Positions 10,473 to 19,419 of a stretch of 64,000 nucleotides of DNA are shown piece after piece; position 1 is the stretch's first letter; each line of letters starts with the position of its first letter. A program made the translations under genes and the position numbers. The DNA is from Bacteroidota bacterium (GTDB lineage Bacteria > Bacteroidota > Bacteroidia > AKYH767-A > 2013-40CM-41-45): positions 1,925 to 65,924 of the forward strand of contig JBMQEM010000097.1 of assembly GCA_049363815.1 (NCBI GenBank), in the 5' to 3' direction. The notes beneath the pieces are model-generated. The model worked only from the letters and a program-made list of their open reading frames with translations, was not told where the DNA came from and did no database searches.

Positions 10473-11762
10473 ATGAAAGTATATATATCTCCTCTAATTA
10501 ACGGGTTGAAAATATATCAATATACTTTGTTATTGATCGCCTTTAATAAGGGCTTTGAAATTGAGTTTGTTCAACACCCAGATGAGGCAAGTTTAGTTCT
10601 GACTTCTGATATGGACTCAGAAGTTAAGATCTCTTCTGGTTTTTATGGAGATCTGGTAGCCGGGAAATTTAACCACATCCATCATTTTCACGATGAATGC
10701 TATATTAAAAATGAGAATGGTGAGATCGATTATTTGTCTACGATTTTTTATTGCGTTAATTCAATCCAGGAATATCATGCTTCTTCAGAGGACTTTTTGG
10801 GAAGATTTGAATTCAAGAATAGTTACCAAAAAAAGTTTGATAATATTAAAATCAATCATGTACAAGAATGCATTGATTCATTTGTCAGGAAATATTTAAA
10901 AATATCAGATGAAAATTTGGTTCGAAGAAAATCTGGTTTTGTGTTAACTCATGATATTGACAGCGTATATGGTTCAATAAAGGAAGATGGAATGTTTGCT
11001 TTGAGAAAAGGAAGATTTAATGATTTGCTTTCTTTATCAATCAGGCATATTATTGGTAAAGCTGATTGGTTGAACTTTGAAAAAATAATGAAAATTGAAA
11101 GCGAATACGAATTCAGATCAATTTTCTACTGGTTGCTGAAAAAGGATAAAATGAATGCAGATTATTCGTTTAGTAGCAGGGAAATGCAGCGACATTATTC
11201 AAACGTTAAATCGAATGGTTTTCAATCTGGCTTGCATAAAAGTTTGAGAGAAGACAGCATCAATGATGAATTGGCACTAATGGAAAGTGGTATAAATTCG
11301 AATCGATTTCACTTCCTGAATTTTACTTTACCTGAAGGATATGATCGGATAGAGAATTCAGAAATCAAATTCGAACTATCTTTGGGATTTACTGAGCAAT
11401 TTGGTTTAAGGAATAATTATGGTTTACCTTTCATTCCTTTTAACCTCAGACAAAATTGTCCTTACAATTTTCTGGAAGTTCCAATGCATATAATGGATAG
11501 AACATTTTTCAGAGACAGATTGAATATTGGAAATGTTACAAAGGAGTTGATTGTTTGGATTAATGAAAATCTGGAGAATTCGGTTTTTTGTCTTAACTTT
11601 CATAATAATTTCTTTTCTGAATTTAAATATGGTGGTTATATTGGATTGTACAAATCCTTACTGAATCACTTCAGAGAAACCAAATTAACTTGTTATGATC
11701 TGAATAAATTAAGTGTTGATTTTTATAAACCTCAACAGAAATTACTGGCAAAATTAAAGTGA
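10473..11762 (+). CDS. Polysaccharide deacetylase-like (NodB/CE4-type barrel) protein
   Basis: LTHDID, GLH, RFHFL, LSLGF, EVPMHIMD, LNFHN motifs in the C-terminal half. Confidence 0.7.
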   Translation: MKVYISPLINGLKIYQYTLLLIAFNKGFEIEFVQHPDEASLVLTSDMDSEVKISSGFYGDLVAGKFNHIHHFHDECYIKNENGEIDYLSTIFYCVNSIQEYHASSEDFLGRFEFKNSYQKKFDNIKINHVQECIDSFVRKYLKISDENLVRRKSGFVLTHDIDSVYGSIKEDGMFALRKGRFNDLLSLSIRHIIGKADWLNFEKIMKIESEYEFRSIFYWLLKKDKMNADYSFSSREMQRHYSNVKSNGFQSGLHKSLREDSINDELALMESGINSNRFHFLNFTLPEGYDRIENSEIKFELSLGFTEQFGLRNNYGLPFIPFNLRQNCPYNFLEVPMHIMDRTFFRDRLNIGNVTKELIVWINENLENSVFCLNFHNNFFSEFKYGGYIGLYKSLLNHFRETKLTCYDLNKLSVDFYKPQQKLLAKLK

Positions 11763-11771
11763 CCTAATATC

Positions 11772-12899
11772 TTGAAAGTACTCATACTTGATGCACAAAA
11801 TCAGAATACCCTTGCCATAGTCAGGCATTTGGGTAGGAAGGGCTATGTGGTAAATGTTGCAGGAAATAAGGCGGCATCATTGGCGTTTTACTCTAAATAT
11901 GTCAGTAAAAAAGTTATTCTGCCTGATCCAAAAAAGAAGAGTAAAGATTTCATCGACGCTTTGATAAATGAATTGACCGCAACAAAGTATGATGTTTTAA
12001 TGCCTGTTGGATTTAAGAGTTATCAATTGTGTGCAGAAAATCAGGTAGAGATAAAAAAATTAACTCACTTAGTTGTTACATCTTATTCTAATATTAAACT
12101 TGCTTCTGATAAAATTCTGACCTATGAACTTGCAAATTCACTGAATGTTCCTTGTCCCATAACGTACCGGATAGATTCCGAAACTAGTTTTCATGAGAAT
12201 GAAATTAAATTTCCTATAGTTATCAAGGCTCCTTTTGAATCAGGAAAGAATATTGTGGAGTATGCAAATGATCCGGATCAGGCTGCGGAACTATTTGGTC
12301 AAATGAAATCATCCCTCAATGGTGTGAATCCGATTGTTCAGAAGTATATTTCAGGTGACGGCTACGGTTTTTTTGCTTATTATAAGGATGGGAAGTGCAT
12401 GAAATATTTTATGCATCATCGAATCCGTGAATATCCTGTAACAGGTGGAGCAAGTGTTTGTGCAGAAAGTTTTTCGGACGATAAACTGAAAGAAGCAGGT
12501 ATGATTCTTCTGGACCATCTGAAGTGGAATGGAGTCGCAATGGTGGAATTTAAAAAGGATAATTCTGATGGAAAATACTATCTGATGGAGATCAATCCCA
12601 AATTTTGGGGCTCCCTTGAATTGGCATTATGTTCAGGAGTTGATTTCCCTGAATACATAATAATGGAAAAAAGGGGAGAAGCAGTCACAGAGGTCAATAA
12701 TTACAAAGAAAAAGTTATTTTCCAATGGATTTTGAATGGTGAATTGTTTCACTTTCTTGAGCGGCCATCCTCTTTTATCAGAATCATCAGGACATTATTT
12801 ATTTCACAAAAAGATTTCAGGTGGAATGATATAAAACCGAATTTATTTCAATTTGTAAATATCTTTGTTCATTATTATAAAAAAATCACTTCCAGGTAA
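11772..12899 (+). CDS. ATP-grasp carboxylate-amine ligase (D-aspartate-ligase-like)
   Basis: IKFPIVIKAP, VQKYISG, REYPVTGGAS, GVAMVEFK, MEINPKFWGS. Confidence 0.85.
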   Translation: MKVLILDAQNQNTLAIVRHLGRKGYVVNVAGNKAASLAFYSKYVSKKVILPDPKKKSKDFIDALINELTATKYDVLMPVGFKSYQLCAENQVEIKKLTHLVVTSYSNIKLASDKILTYELANSLNVPCPITYRIDSETSFHENEIKFPIVIKAPFESGKNIVEYANDPDQAAELFGQMKSSLNGVNPIVQKYISGDGYGFFAYYKDGKCMKYFMHHRIREYPVTGGASVCAESFSDDKLKEAGMILLDHLKWNGVAMVEFKKDNSDGKYYLMEINPKFWGSLELALCSGVDFPEYIIMEKRGEAVTEVNNYKEKVIFQWILNGELFHFLERPSSFIRIIRTLFISQKDFRWNDIKPNLFQFVNIFVHYYKKITSR

Positions 12900-13579
12900 T
12901 GTTTGCGATAGATTTTCATACACATACATACCATTCTTATGACAGTCTTATGAAGCCTGCCAGGATTCTTCAATTAGCTAAGGAAAGAGGACTAAATGGT
13001 ATTGTGATCAGTGATCATAATTCTATTCAGGGTGGTCTGGAATGTGCTGCTCTGAATAAGGATTCAGACTTTAAAGTTATTGTTGGTTCTGAAGTAAAGA
13101 CCTCAGTAGGAGATATAACAGGACTGAACCTCAAAGAAGAAGTTACAGCATATTATTTCAGTGAAGTAATACAGCAGATCAAGAATCAAGGGGGGCTGGT
13201 TCTTCTGGTGCATCCATTTTATAGCCATAGGTTAAATGAGATCAATTATTCTTCTATTGATCTTATAGAAGGTTATAATGCCCGGGTGCCAATAGGGAAG
13301 AACGAACAAGCAATTGCTCTTGCAAAGGAACACAAGATTCCATTTGTTGCCGGAAGTGATGCTCATTTATACAATGAAATTGCAAATTGTCGCACATTTT
13401 TCAATGACATGAATACCCTTTTGTTGCCGGTAAAATCTGAATTCAAAAGAAATACTTTTTATTCTGAAGTAATTAGTCAGGGAATTAAAGTCTTAAAAAC
13501 AAGGAGTGGAAAGAATTTTTACAAGTGGGTAAAATGGGCGCCGGTTTATTTATATAAAAGGGCAAAAGAAAAAAGTTAA
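12899..13579 (+). CDS. PHP-domain metallophosphoesterase
   Basis: DFHTHT, ISDHN, GSEV, VHPF, EGYNAR, AGSDAH; the start overlaps the previous stop. Confidence 0.88.
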   Translation: MFAIDFHTHTYHSYDSLMKPARILQLAKERGLNGIVISDHNSIQGGLECAALNKDSDFKVIVGSEVKTSVGDITGLNLKEEVTAYYFSEVIQQIKNQGGLVLLVHPFYSHRLNEINYSSIDLIEGYNARVPIGKNEQAIALAKEHKIPFVAGSDAHLYNEIANCRTFFNDMNTLLLPVKSEFKRNTFYSEVISQGIKVLKTRSGKNFYKWVKWAPVYLYKRAKEKS

Positions 13580-15408
13580 ACAAAATTGTTCAGCCAATAG
13601 TTTAATCCTCCGACTCTCCATAAAATATGGGCTAACTTTTCATTTCCGGCTTTAAACTCCTTTATTAATAATTTAATTTTATTCTGATCAAGCATTTCAA
13701 GTTTACTGAAATCCTGTTCAATTAAAAATTTCATTTCAGTCCTCAGCCATAGGGCACCAGGTGTAGTAAAACCTTTTTTATCTTTTCTGTTTGAAACCAT
13801 TTCAGGAAGTGTTCCTTTCATTGATTCTCTCAGAATATACTTTGTGATGCCATTGTGTATTTTGTCTTCATTACATAAACTCAACCCAAATTCAACTAAT
13901 CGGTGATCAAGAAATGGAACCCGGGATTCAATTGAGAATGCCATACTATTCCTGTCTTCGAAATGAAGCAAAGAGGGTAAAAGTGTATTGAAAAGAAGAT
14001 GGTACAGAAAATTATCTACTTTATTTGATGATTTATTTTCAAGATTGAATGGTGCTTCTTTGCTTTTATCTTTAGAAAGCCAGGGTTGGAAATATTTATA
14101 TTCAAAAGTATACAATTGTTGTTCATTGAACATTGAACTTAAACCTGATTTTAATAATACATCGAAGGTCTTTCCAAAACCCAGATTTTGTTGTGACTTG
14201 TAATCTTTTAATAGATTTAATGCTTTGCCAACTTTTAAATTGTGTGTGAGGTTTCCTATTTGCCTGTAAAAAGTATGCATGTAACCTGACAGATATTCAT
14301 CTGAACCTTGGCCATCAAGTAATACTTTCATTTTATGCTTGGCTGCAAGTTGCATAACATAGTATTGTGAAATATCTGATGACCAGTTAGTAGGAGCATC
14401 CAGATGAAAACACATTTTATGAAAACATTCTCTCAGATCATCATTCACCGGAGAATAAGTGTAGTTTGAGATTTGAGGATACTTTTCGATTACGCTATTG
14501 ACCCATGGTCTTTCATCAACTGCATTTTCTTCTTGATAAAAAATAGTAAATGTTTTAAATTTTACATCAGGGTATTTTTTACCAACCATTGAAGTGATGG
14601 ATGATGAATCGAGTCCTCCGCTTAAGCATGCTCCAACTTCTACATCGCTTCTCATGTGCAGATCGATGCTGTCTGAAAACATTCCGGAAAATTTTTCTCG
14701 CTTTTCTTCAAATGTCAGATCTGATTTTACCATTAAATCCGGTTCCCAGTACTTCTCAATTTCTACCTTTCCGTTTTTAAAAATCAGATTTGAACTCTCC
14801 GGCAAAGCTTTGATTTTTGAAAAGTATGTTTCATCCTGATAAACTACCCAACCTAATTGTAAGCCTCTTTTGATCTGATTCAGGTTAAGATCATTGCTAT
14901 AAAGTGGTGAAAACTTTAATGGCTTATATTCTGAGGCGAAATAAAATTTGTTGGACTCACTGATATATAGAAACGGTTTAATTCCAAACCGGTCCCTGCT
15001 GCAGAAAAGTGATTTGTCATTGCTATCCCAAATTGCGAAGGCCCACATTCCAACGAAACGTGTGACGCATTTTGTTCCCCAGGCCAGATACGAATTGAGA
15101 ATAACTTCCGTATCTCCATTAGTAACGAAATGATATCCCAGAGCTATTAGTTCTTTTCTGATCTCAAGATAATTGTAAATTTCTCCGTTAAATACTATCT
15201 TCAGATGGCCTTTAACCATTGGCTGATTTGCGGTGTCTGAGAGATCAATGATGGTTAAGCGGTTATGACCAAGCGTTAAGGAATTTTCTGTTAGTACTGA
15301 CCTGTTATCTGGTCCACGATGACTTATTGATTCCAACATCTGATAAATTAGTCGATTGGCATCGTTACTTGTTATACTTTCATCATAAAAGCCGGAAATT
15401 CCACACAT
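13576..15408 (-). CDS. asnB: Asparagine synthase (glutamine-hydrolysing)-family amidotransferase
   Basis: Mature N-terminal Cys (MCGISG from 15408), HRGPD, GHNRLTIID, FNGEIYN, RDRFGIKP, LSGGLDSS, DGQGSDE, ESRVPFLD. More likely a glycan amidotransferase than the housekeeping enzyme (inference from context). Confidence 0.9.
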   Translation of the reverse strand: MCGISGFYDESITSNDANRLIYQMLESISHRGPDNRSVLTENSLTLGHNRLTIIDLSDTANQPMVKGHLKIVFNGEIYNYLEIRKELIALGYHFVTNGDTEVILNSYLAWGTKCVTRFVGMWAFAIWDSNDKSLFCSRDRFGIKPFLYISESNKFYFASEYKPLKFSPLYSNDLNLNQIKRGLQLGWVVYQDETYFSKIKALPESSNLIFKNGKVEIEKYWEPDLMVKSDLTFEEKREKFSGMFSDSIDLHMRSDVEVGACLSGGLDSSSITSMVGKKYPDVKFKTFTIFYQEENAVDERPWVNSVIEKYPQISNYTYSPVNDDLRECFHKMCFHLDAPTNWSSDISQYYVMQLAAKHKMKVLLDGQGSDEYLSGYMHTFYRQIGNLTHNLKVGKALNLLKDYKSQQNLGFGKTFDVLLKSGLSSMFNEQQLYTFEYKYFQPWLSKDKSKEAPFNLENKSSNKVDNFLYHLLFNTLLPSLLHFEDRNSMAFSIESRVPFLDHRLVEFGLSLCNEDKIHNGITKYILRESMKGTLPEMVSNRKDKKGFTTPGALWLRTEMKFLIEQDFSKLEMLDQNKIKLLIKEFKAGNEKLAHILWRVGGLNYWLNNFV

Positions 15409-15428
15409 AATGCTGTTAATTGAGATGG

Positions 15429-15436
15429 CAAAGTTA
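15429..15436 (-). promoter_or_regulatory. -7 promoter element of the asnB-like gene
   Basis: TAACTTTG on the minus strand 20 nt upstream of ATG 15408, which supports that start over 15444. Confidence 0.55.
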
Positions 15437-15564
15437 ATAATCAAAGCATATAATTTGTTTGATTATTGAAGAATTGTTTTATTTTTGCTCTGTTGAGAAT
15501 AAGAGCAAATTATTTTTCGCCTCTTTGGAGCTTTATTTTTAACTATCCCATAATCAATTAATAT

Positions 15565-18240
15565 ATGAAAAAAAGTATTCTGCTTTCGGTATTTCTATTT
15601 GGCTCTTTATTAACTTTTTCCCAACCGGCGCTTTTATGGCAAAAAAACTATGGTGGAAGTCTTCGCGATGAAGTGGGAAATTTTGATAATGATTATGACG
15701 GAGTAGATCGTTGCATCGCCTTAACTAACGATGGTTTTGTATTCGTTGGAACATCTCAGTCAAATGACCTTGATGTAACTGGGGCGCATGGTGGTAAAGA
15801 TATCATGGTCATGCGTTGTGATTCGTCAGGAGCAATATTGTGGTCTAAACTTATTGGTGGCTCTGATACTGATGAAGGATGTTCAATTCTTTCAACCAGC
15901 GATGGTGGAGTTGCTGTATGTGGATTCAGTTCATCGGTTGATGGTGATTTTACAGGACACATTGGAACAGTTGATTATGATATAGTGATCATTCGGATGG
16001 ACGGACAGGGAAATATTCTCTGGATAAAAAATTACGGTGGTTATTCTGAGGACCGCTCTTATTCTTTTGTTGAAACAGCCGAAGGTGGCTTCATGGTTGC
16101 CGGCACTACTTCATCAAACGATAGTATGGTTACAGTGCAGAATGGATATTCAGATGTATGGGTATTTAAAACAGATTTCTCCGGTTCCATATTATGGGAA
16201 AAGTCATACGGTGGGTCTTCTTTAGATTGGGCCAATTCCATTTTCCTTACAGCAGATCAGGGAGCAATAATTGGTGGCTACACGCATTCAAGCGACAGTA
16301 TAATTACCACATATCACGGTGGAAGTGATTACTGGGCTGTACGGATTGATAGTAACGGTACTCTTTTATGGAATCAGTGCTTTGGTGGAATGGGGAATGA
16401 TTGGGGTACCGGTATTACCCAGACTTCAGATGGAGGATTTGCAATGGTTGGTCTATCATTATCGAGCGATACCTTAGTTACTGATCATCACGGTGGGCGT
16501 GATAGTTATGTTGTCAAATTTTCGGATCTAGGAATTCTTCAATGGCAGAAGTCTGTAGGAGGTACCAATTTCGAAGATGGTTATGATATTTTTGAAGATC
16601 TCGATGGGAATTTGATCGTTGGTGGAACTTCAATGTCATCCGATGGTGATTTTATTGGAAACTTCGGTTGGTGGGATTACTTTGTAATAAAACTTGATAT
16701 GATCACAGGATCCAAGATCTGGAGTGCTTCATATGGTGGTAGTTCTGCTGATTATGCTATTTCCATTATTCCTGATGGAAATGGAAGTTATCTGATTGCC
16801 GGAAATTCTAAATCTTTAGATTTTAATGTTGATTCAAATTATGGTGATTGGGATATTTGGATCGCCAAATTAACCAATAATTATAATGTTGTAAGTGGAC
16901 AGTATTATGTGGATATAAATGGTAATACAATTTTTGATGCAGGTGATCAGGCACTTTCTAACCGATTGGTTTCTGATACAATTAACAGCTATTTTGCATT
17001 TACAGATTCATCAGGTAATTATGAATTTTTAATTGCTGACACCGGTACATTTTCCTATTCGCCTGTAGTGCAACAATATTACACGGTAACTCCAACATAT
17101 CATACCTCTTCATTTACTTTGTTGAATACAACAGATTCCGGAAAAGATTTTGTCGCTGCTCCAATCCCAGGTCTTGTTGATCTTCAGATTGATTTAATTG
17201 CCTTAACCAGATTCAGACCAGGCTTTTCTGTATCTTATATGTTAAGCTACGAGAATGTTGCTACTGCAAATGATAGTGGAACGATTATTTTGGTTCTTGA
17301 TACCAATTTGACTTTTGACAGTGCTTCTGTTTCACCGGATCTCATCAATGGCGATACGTTGATTTGGTATAATATATTAATGGAACCAAATCAGGCAGGT
17401 AGCATTGTGATCTATGCAACAATAGATCCAACAACTCCAATTGGAACAAATATCATTACAACTGCATCTGTTGAAAATTCAGTAGGCGTAACAGATGAGT
17501 ACCCAGCTGATAATAATACTATCTGGACTGGACTCACAACAGGATCATTTGATCCAAATGATAAAGCGGTCTCGATTGACAAAATTTATACAAACCAATT
17601 CCCGAATGTTCCTTTCTTGAATTACGTTATAAGATTCCAGAATACAGGTAATGATACAGCCTTTACTGTTGTAGTTCGTGATACAATGTCTTCGATGTTT
17701 GATATGTCTACTTTCTCAATGATAGAATCAAGTCATCCTGCAGTAGTGGATTTTCAACCATTGACTCGTACAATGACCTTTACATTCTCAAATATCCTTC
17801 TTGCAGATAGTAATATTAATGAGCCGATGAGCCATGGTTTTATTCATTACAAAGTTAAACCTGTTGCAAACCTTTCTGATGGAGACAATATTGAAAATAC
17901 TGCCGGAATTTATTTTGATTTTAATCCGCCTGTAATTACTAACACAGCTGTTACTCAAATTCTCTTACCTACAAGAATTAATCAAATCAGTGATTTTAAA
18001 TTTGGTTTGTATCCAAATCCATCATCAGGTAAACTTAACATTACCTTGGCCGAAAATTATATCAATAAGAAAGTTTTCGTACAAATAGTTAATTCTCTCG
18101 GTGAAATTGTTTATTCTAAAACAGAATCACTTTCTAAAAACAGAATTGAACTTAATACTTCTGACTATCGTAACGGCTTATATATAGTGCGCGTTGTAAT
18201 TGATGATAAAACAGCATCCAAACAATTTATTAAACAATAA
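15565..18240 (+). CDS. T9SS type-A cargo: beta-propeller repeats + SdrD-B-like + DUF11/DUF7619-like Ig domains + CTD
   Basis: Signal peptide with Gln at +1, about 7 W.K.YGG...D repeats, SFDPNDK..YVIRFQNTG, C-terminal LYPNPSSG...KQFIKQ. Confidence 0.85.
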   Translation: MKKSILLSVFLFGSLLTFSQPALLWQKNYGGSLRDEVGNFDNDYDGVDRCIALTNDGFVFVGTSQSNDLDVTGAHGGKDIMVMRCDSSGAILWSKLIGGSDTDEGCSILSTSDGGVAVCGFSSSVDGDFTGHIGTVDYDIVIIRMDGQGNILWIKNYGGYSEDRSYSFVETAEGGFMVAGTTSSNDSMVTVQNGYSDVWVFKTDFSGSILWEKSYGGSSLDWANSIFLTADQGAIIGGYTHSSDSIITTYHGGSDYWAVRIDSNGTLLWNQCFGGMGNDWGTGITQTSDGGFAMVGLSLSSDTLVTDHHGGRDSYVVKFSDLGILQWQKSVGGTNFEDGYDIFEDLDGNLIVGGTSMSSDGDFIGNFGWWDYFVIKLDMITGSKIWSASYGGSSADYAISIIPDGNGSYLIAGNSKSLDFNVDSNYGDWDIWIAKLTNNYNVVSGQYYVDINGNTIFDAGDQALSNRLVSDTINSYFAFTDSSGNYEFLIADTGTFSYSPVVQQYYTVTPTYHTSSFTLLNTTDSGKDFVAAPIPGLVDLQIDLIALTRFRPGFSVSYMLSYENVATANDSGTIILVLDTNLTFDSASVSPDLINGDTLIWYNILMEPNQAGSIVIYATIDPTTPIGTNIITTASVENSVGVTDEYPADNNTIWTGLTTGSFDPNDKAVSIDKIYTNQFPNVPFLNYVIRFQNTGNDTAFTVVVRDTMSSMFDMSTFSMIESSHPAVVDFQPLTRTMTFTFSNILLADSNINEPMSHGFIHYKVKPVANLSDGDNIENTAGIYFDFNPPVITNTAVTQILLPTRINQISDFKFGLYPNPSSGKLNITLAENYINKKVFVQIVNSLGEIVYSKTESLSKNRIELNTSDYRNGLYIVRVVIDDKTASKQFIKQ

Positions 18241-18270
18241 GGGAGCTGATTCATCAAGGTAAAATAGTTT

Positions 18271-18324
18271 AAACGTTAAAGGGGTTTAAGGTGTCTGTCT
18301 ACACCTTAAACCCCTTTAACGTTT
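18271..18324. terminator. Perfect 24-bp inverted repeat between convergent genes (bidirectional terminator or REP-like)
   Basis: aaacgttaaaggggtttaaggtgt-ctgtct-acaccttaaacccctttaacgttt. Confidence 0.7.
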
Positions 18325-18362
18325 TATTTCAAATTCTTTTATTTCGTAAGACGAAAGTCAAT

Positions 18363-19229
18363 TTACGACTTTACAAAAACCTCCGAATAAAACTTCCTCG
18401 ACTTCAAGTCATAATGATTTCCTTTTGCCATCACATGGACGGTCAGGTTTTCAATGGATAGGGGAGAACCTTCTTTCAGATCTGCAATGTTGTTATGACG
18501 GATGTTGTGACCATCGATCACAATGATCAATCCGCTACCTATTGCTTCCATATAACGGCCTTCTGAAATTAACACTCCCGTATCTTCACCAAGTCCGATA
18601 CCGATGCATGATGGATTGGCAGCTACAGCTTGCGTCAATCTGCCGAATCTGTTTCTTGTTACAAAATGTGAATCAATGATCACATCTTTTATAAACGCAA
18701 GTCCGGTAGTGATCTTTACCTCTCCTTTGAATAAAGCTTCTGAACTGCTACCCTGATAGATCATAGTATTCGACATAGCCATTGCACCGGCACTTGTTCC
18801 TGCAATGATGAAAGTTTCTTCATGCATGTAACGGTGGGTCAGGATCTCAAGAAATTCAGTCCCGCCGAAAATGGAAGAAAGCCGTAGTTGGTTTCCGCCA
18901 CTGAACATAACGCTGTGACATTTTTTTATTCTATCGATCATTTCAGGCTGCATTGCATCTTCTCGCTTACGGATATCCATCACACGGATATTCGTACAGC
19001 CTAATTTCTTAAACGCATCCAGATAATTCTGACCAATTTCTTCAGGTATTGAAGAAGCACTCGTGATCACTTCAATATAGGAATCATGACCACCGGCTTC
19101 ACTTACGATTCTGCTGAGTATCTGTAATTCAAAAAAATTAAGATTATTCTTTTGAGTAAAATTCGGTTCCGGTTCAGTCCCTTTGTCTTCCGCTCCACCA
19201 ATGGAGATAAGCTTTCCCTTAGGAATCAT
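18363..19229 (-). CDS. cphB: Cyanophycinase (intracellular serine peptidase S51)
   Basis: LISIGGAEDK, FSGGNQLRL, GTSAGA (Ser), IDSHF (His), GLGEDT (Glu); no signal peptide. Confidence 0.93.
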   Translation of the reverse strand: MIPKGKLISIGGAEDKGTEPEPNFTQKNNLNFFELQILSRIVSEAGGHDSYIEVITSASSIPEEIGQNYLDAFKKLGCTNIRVMDIRKREDAMQPEMIDRIKKCHSVMFSGGNQLRLSSIFGGTEFLEILTHRYMHEETFIIAGTSAGAMAMSNTMIYQGSSSEALFKGEVKITTGLAFIKDVIIDSHFVTRNRFGRLTQAVAANPSCIGIGLGEDTGVLISEGRYMEAIGSGLIIVIDGHNIRHNNIADLKEGSPLSIENLTVHVMAKGNHYDLKSRKFYSEVFVKS

Positions 19230-19257
19230 ATAAATTTAATATTTATTAAACAGTGGG

Positions 19258-19265
19258 CAAATATA
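19258..19265 (-). promoter_or_regulatory. -7 promoter element of cphB
   Basis: TATATTTG on the minus strand 28 nt upstream of the cphB ATG. Confidence 0.6.
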
Positions 19266-19419
19266 GGAATACATGCGCTCTTGGGAAGGCTTTATATCAC
19301 AGTTATTCACTCTTTTTCTAACACTTCAACCCCCTTTTTTTAAATTTTTTAAACTTTTTTTTGGAATTTCATAAAATCTCGCTACTTTGATACGGAAATC
19401 CACCACAAAAATCCACTTT

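Noticed and set aside
11772-15408. RiPP cluster (ATP-grasp graspetide ligase or AsnB-like lasso cyclase)
   Set aside because: There is no precursor peptide, leader-binding or B protein, or transporter. The AsnB keeps its Ntn glutaminase Cys, and the neighbours are glycan enzymes.
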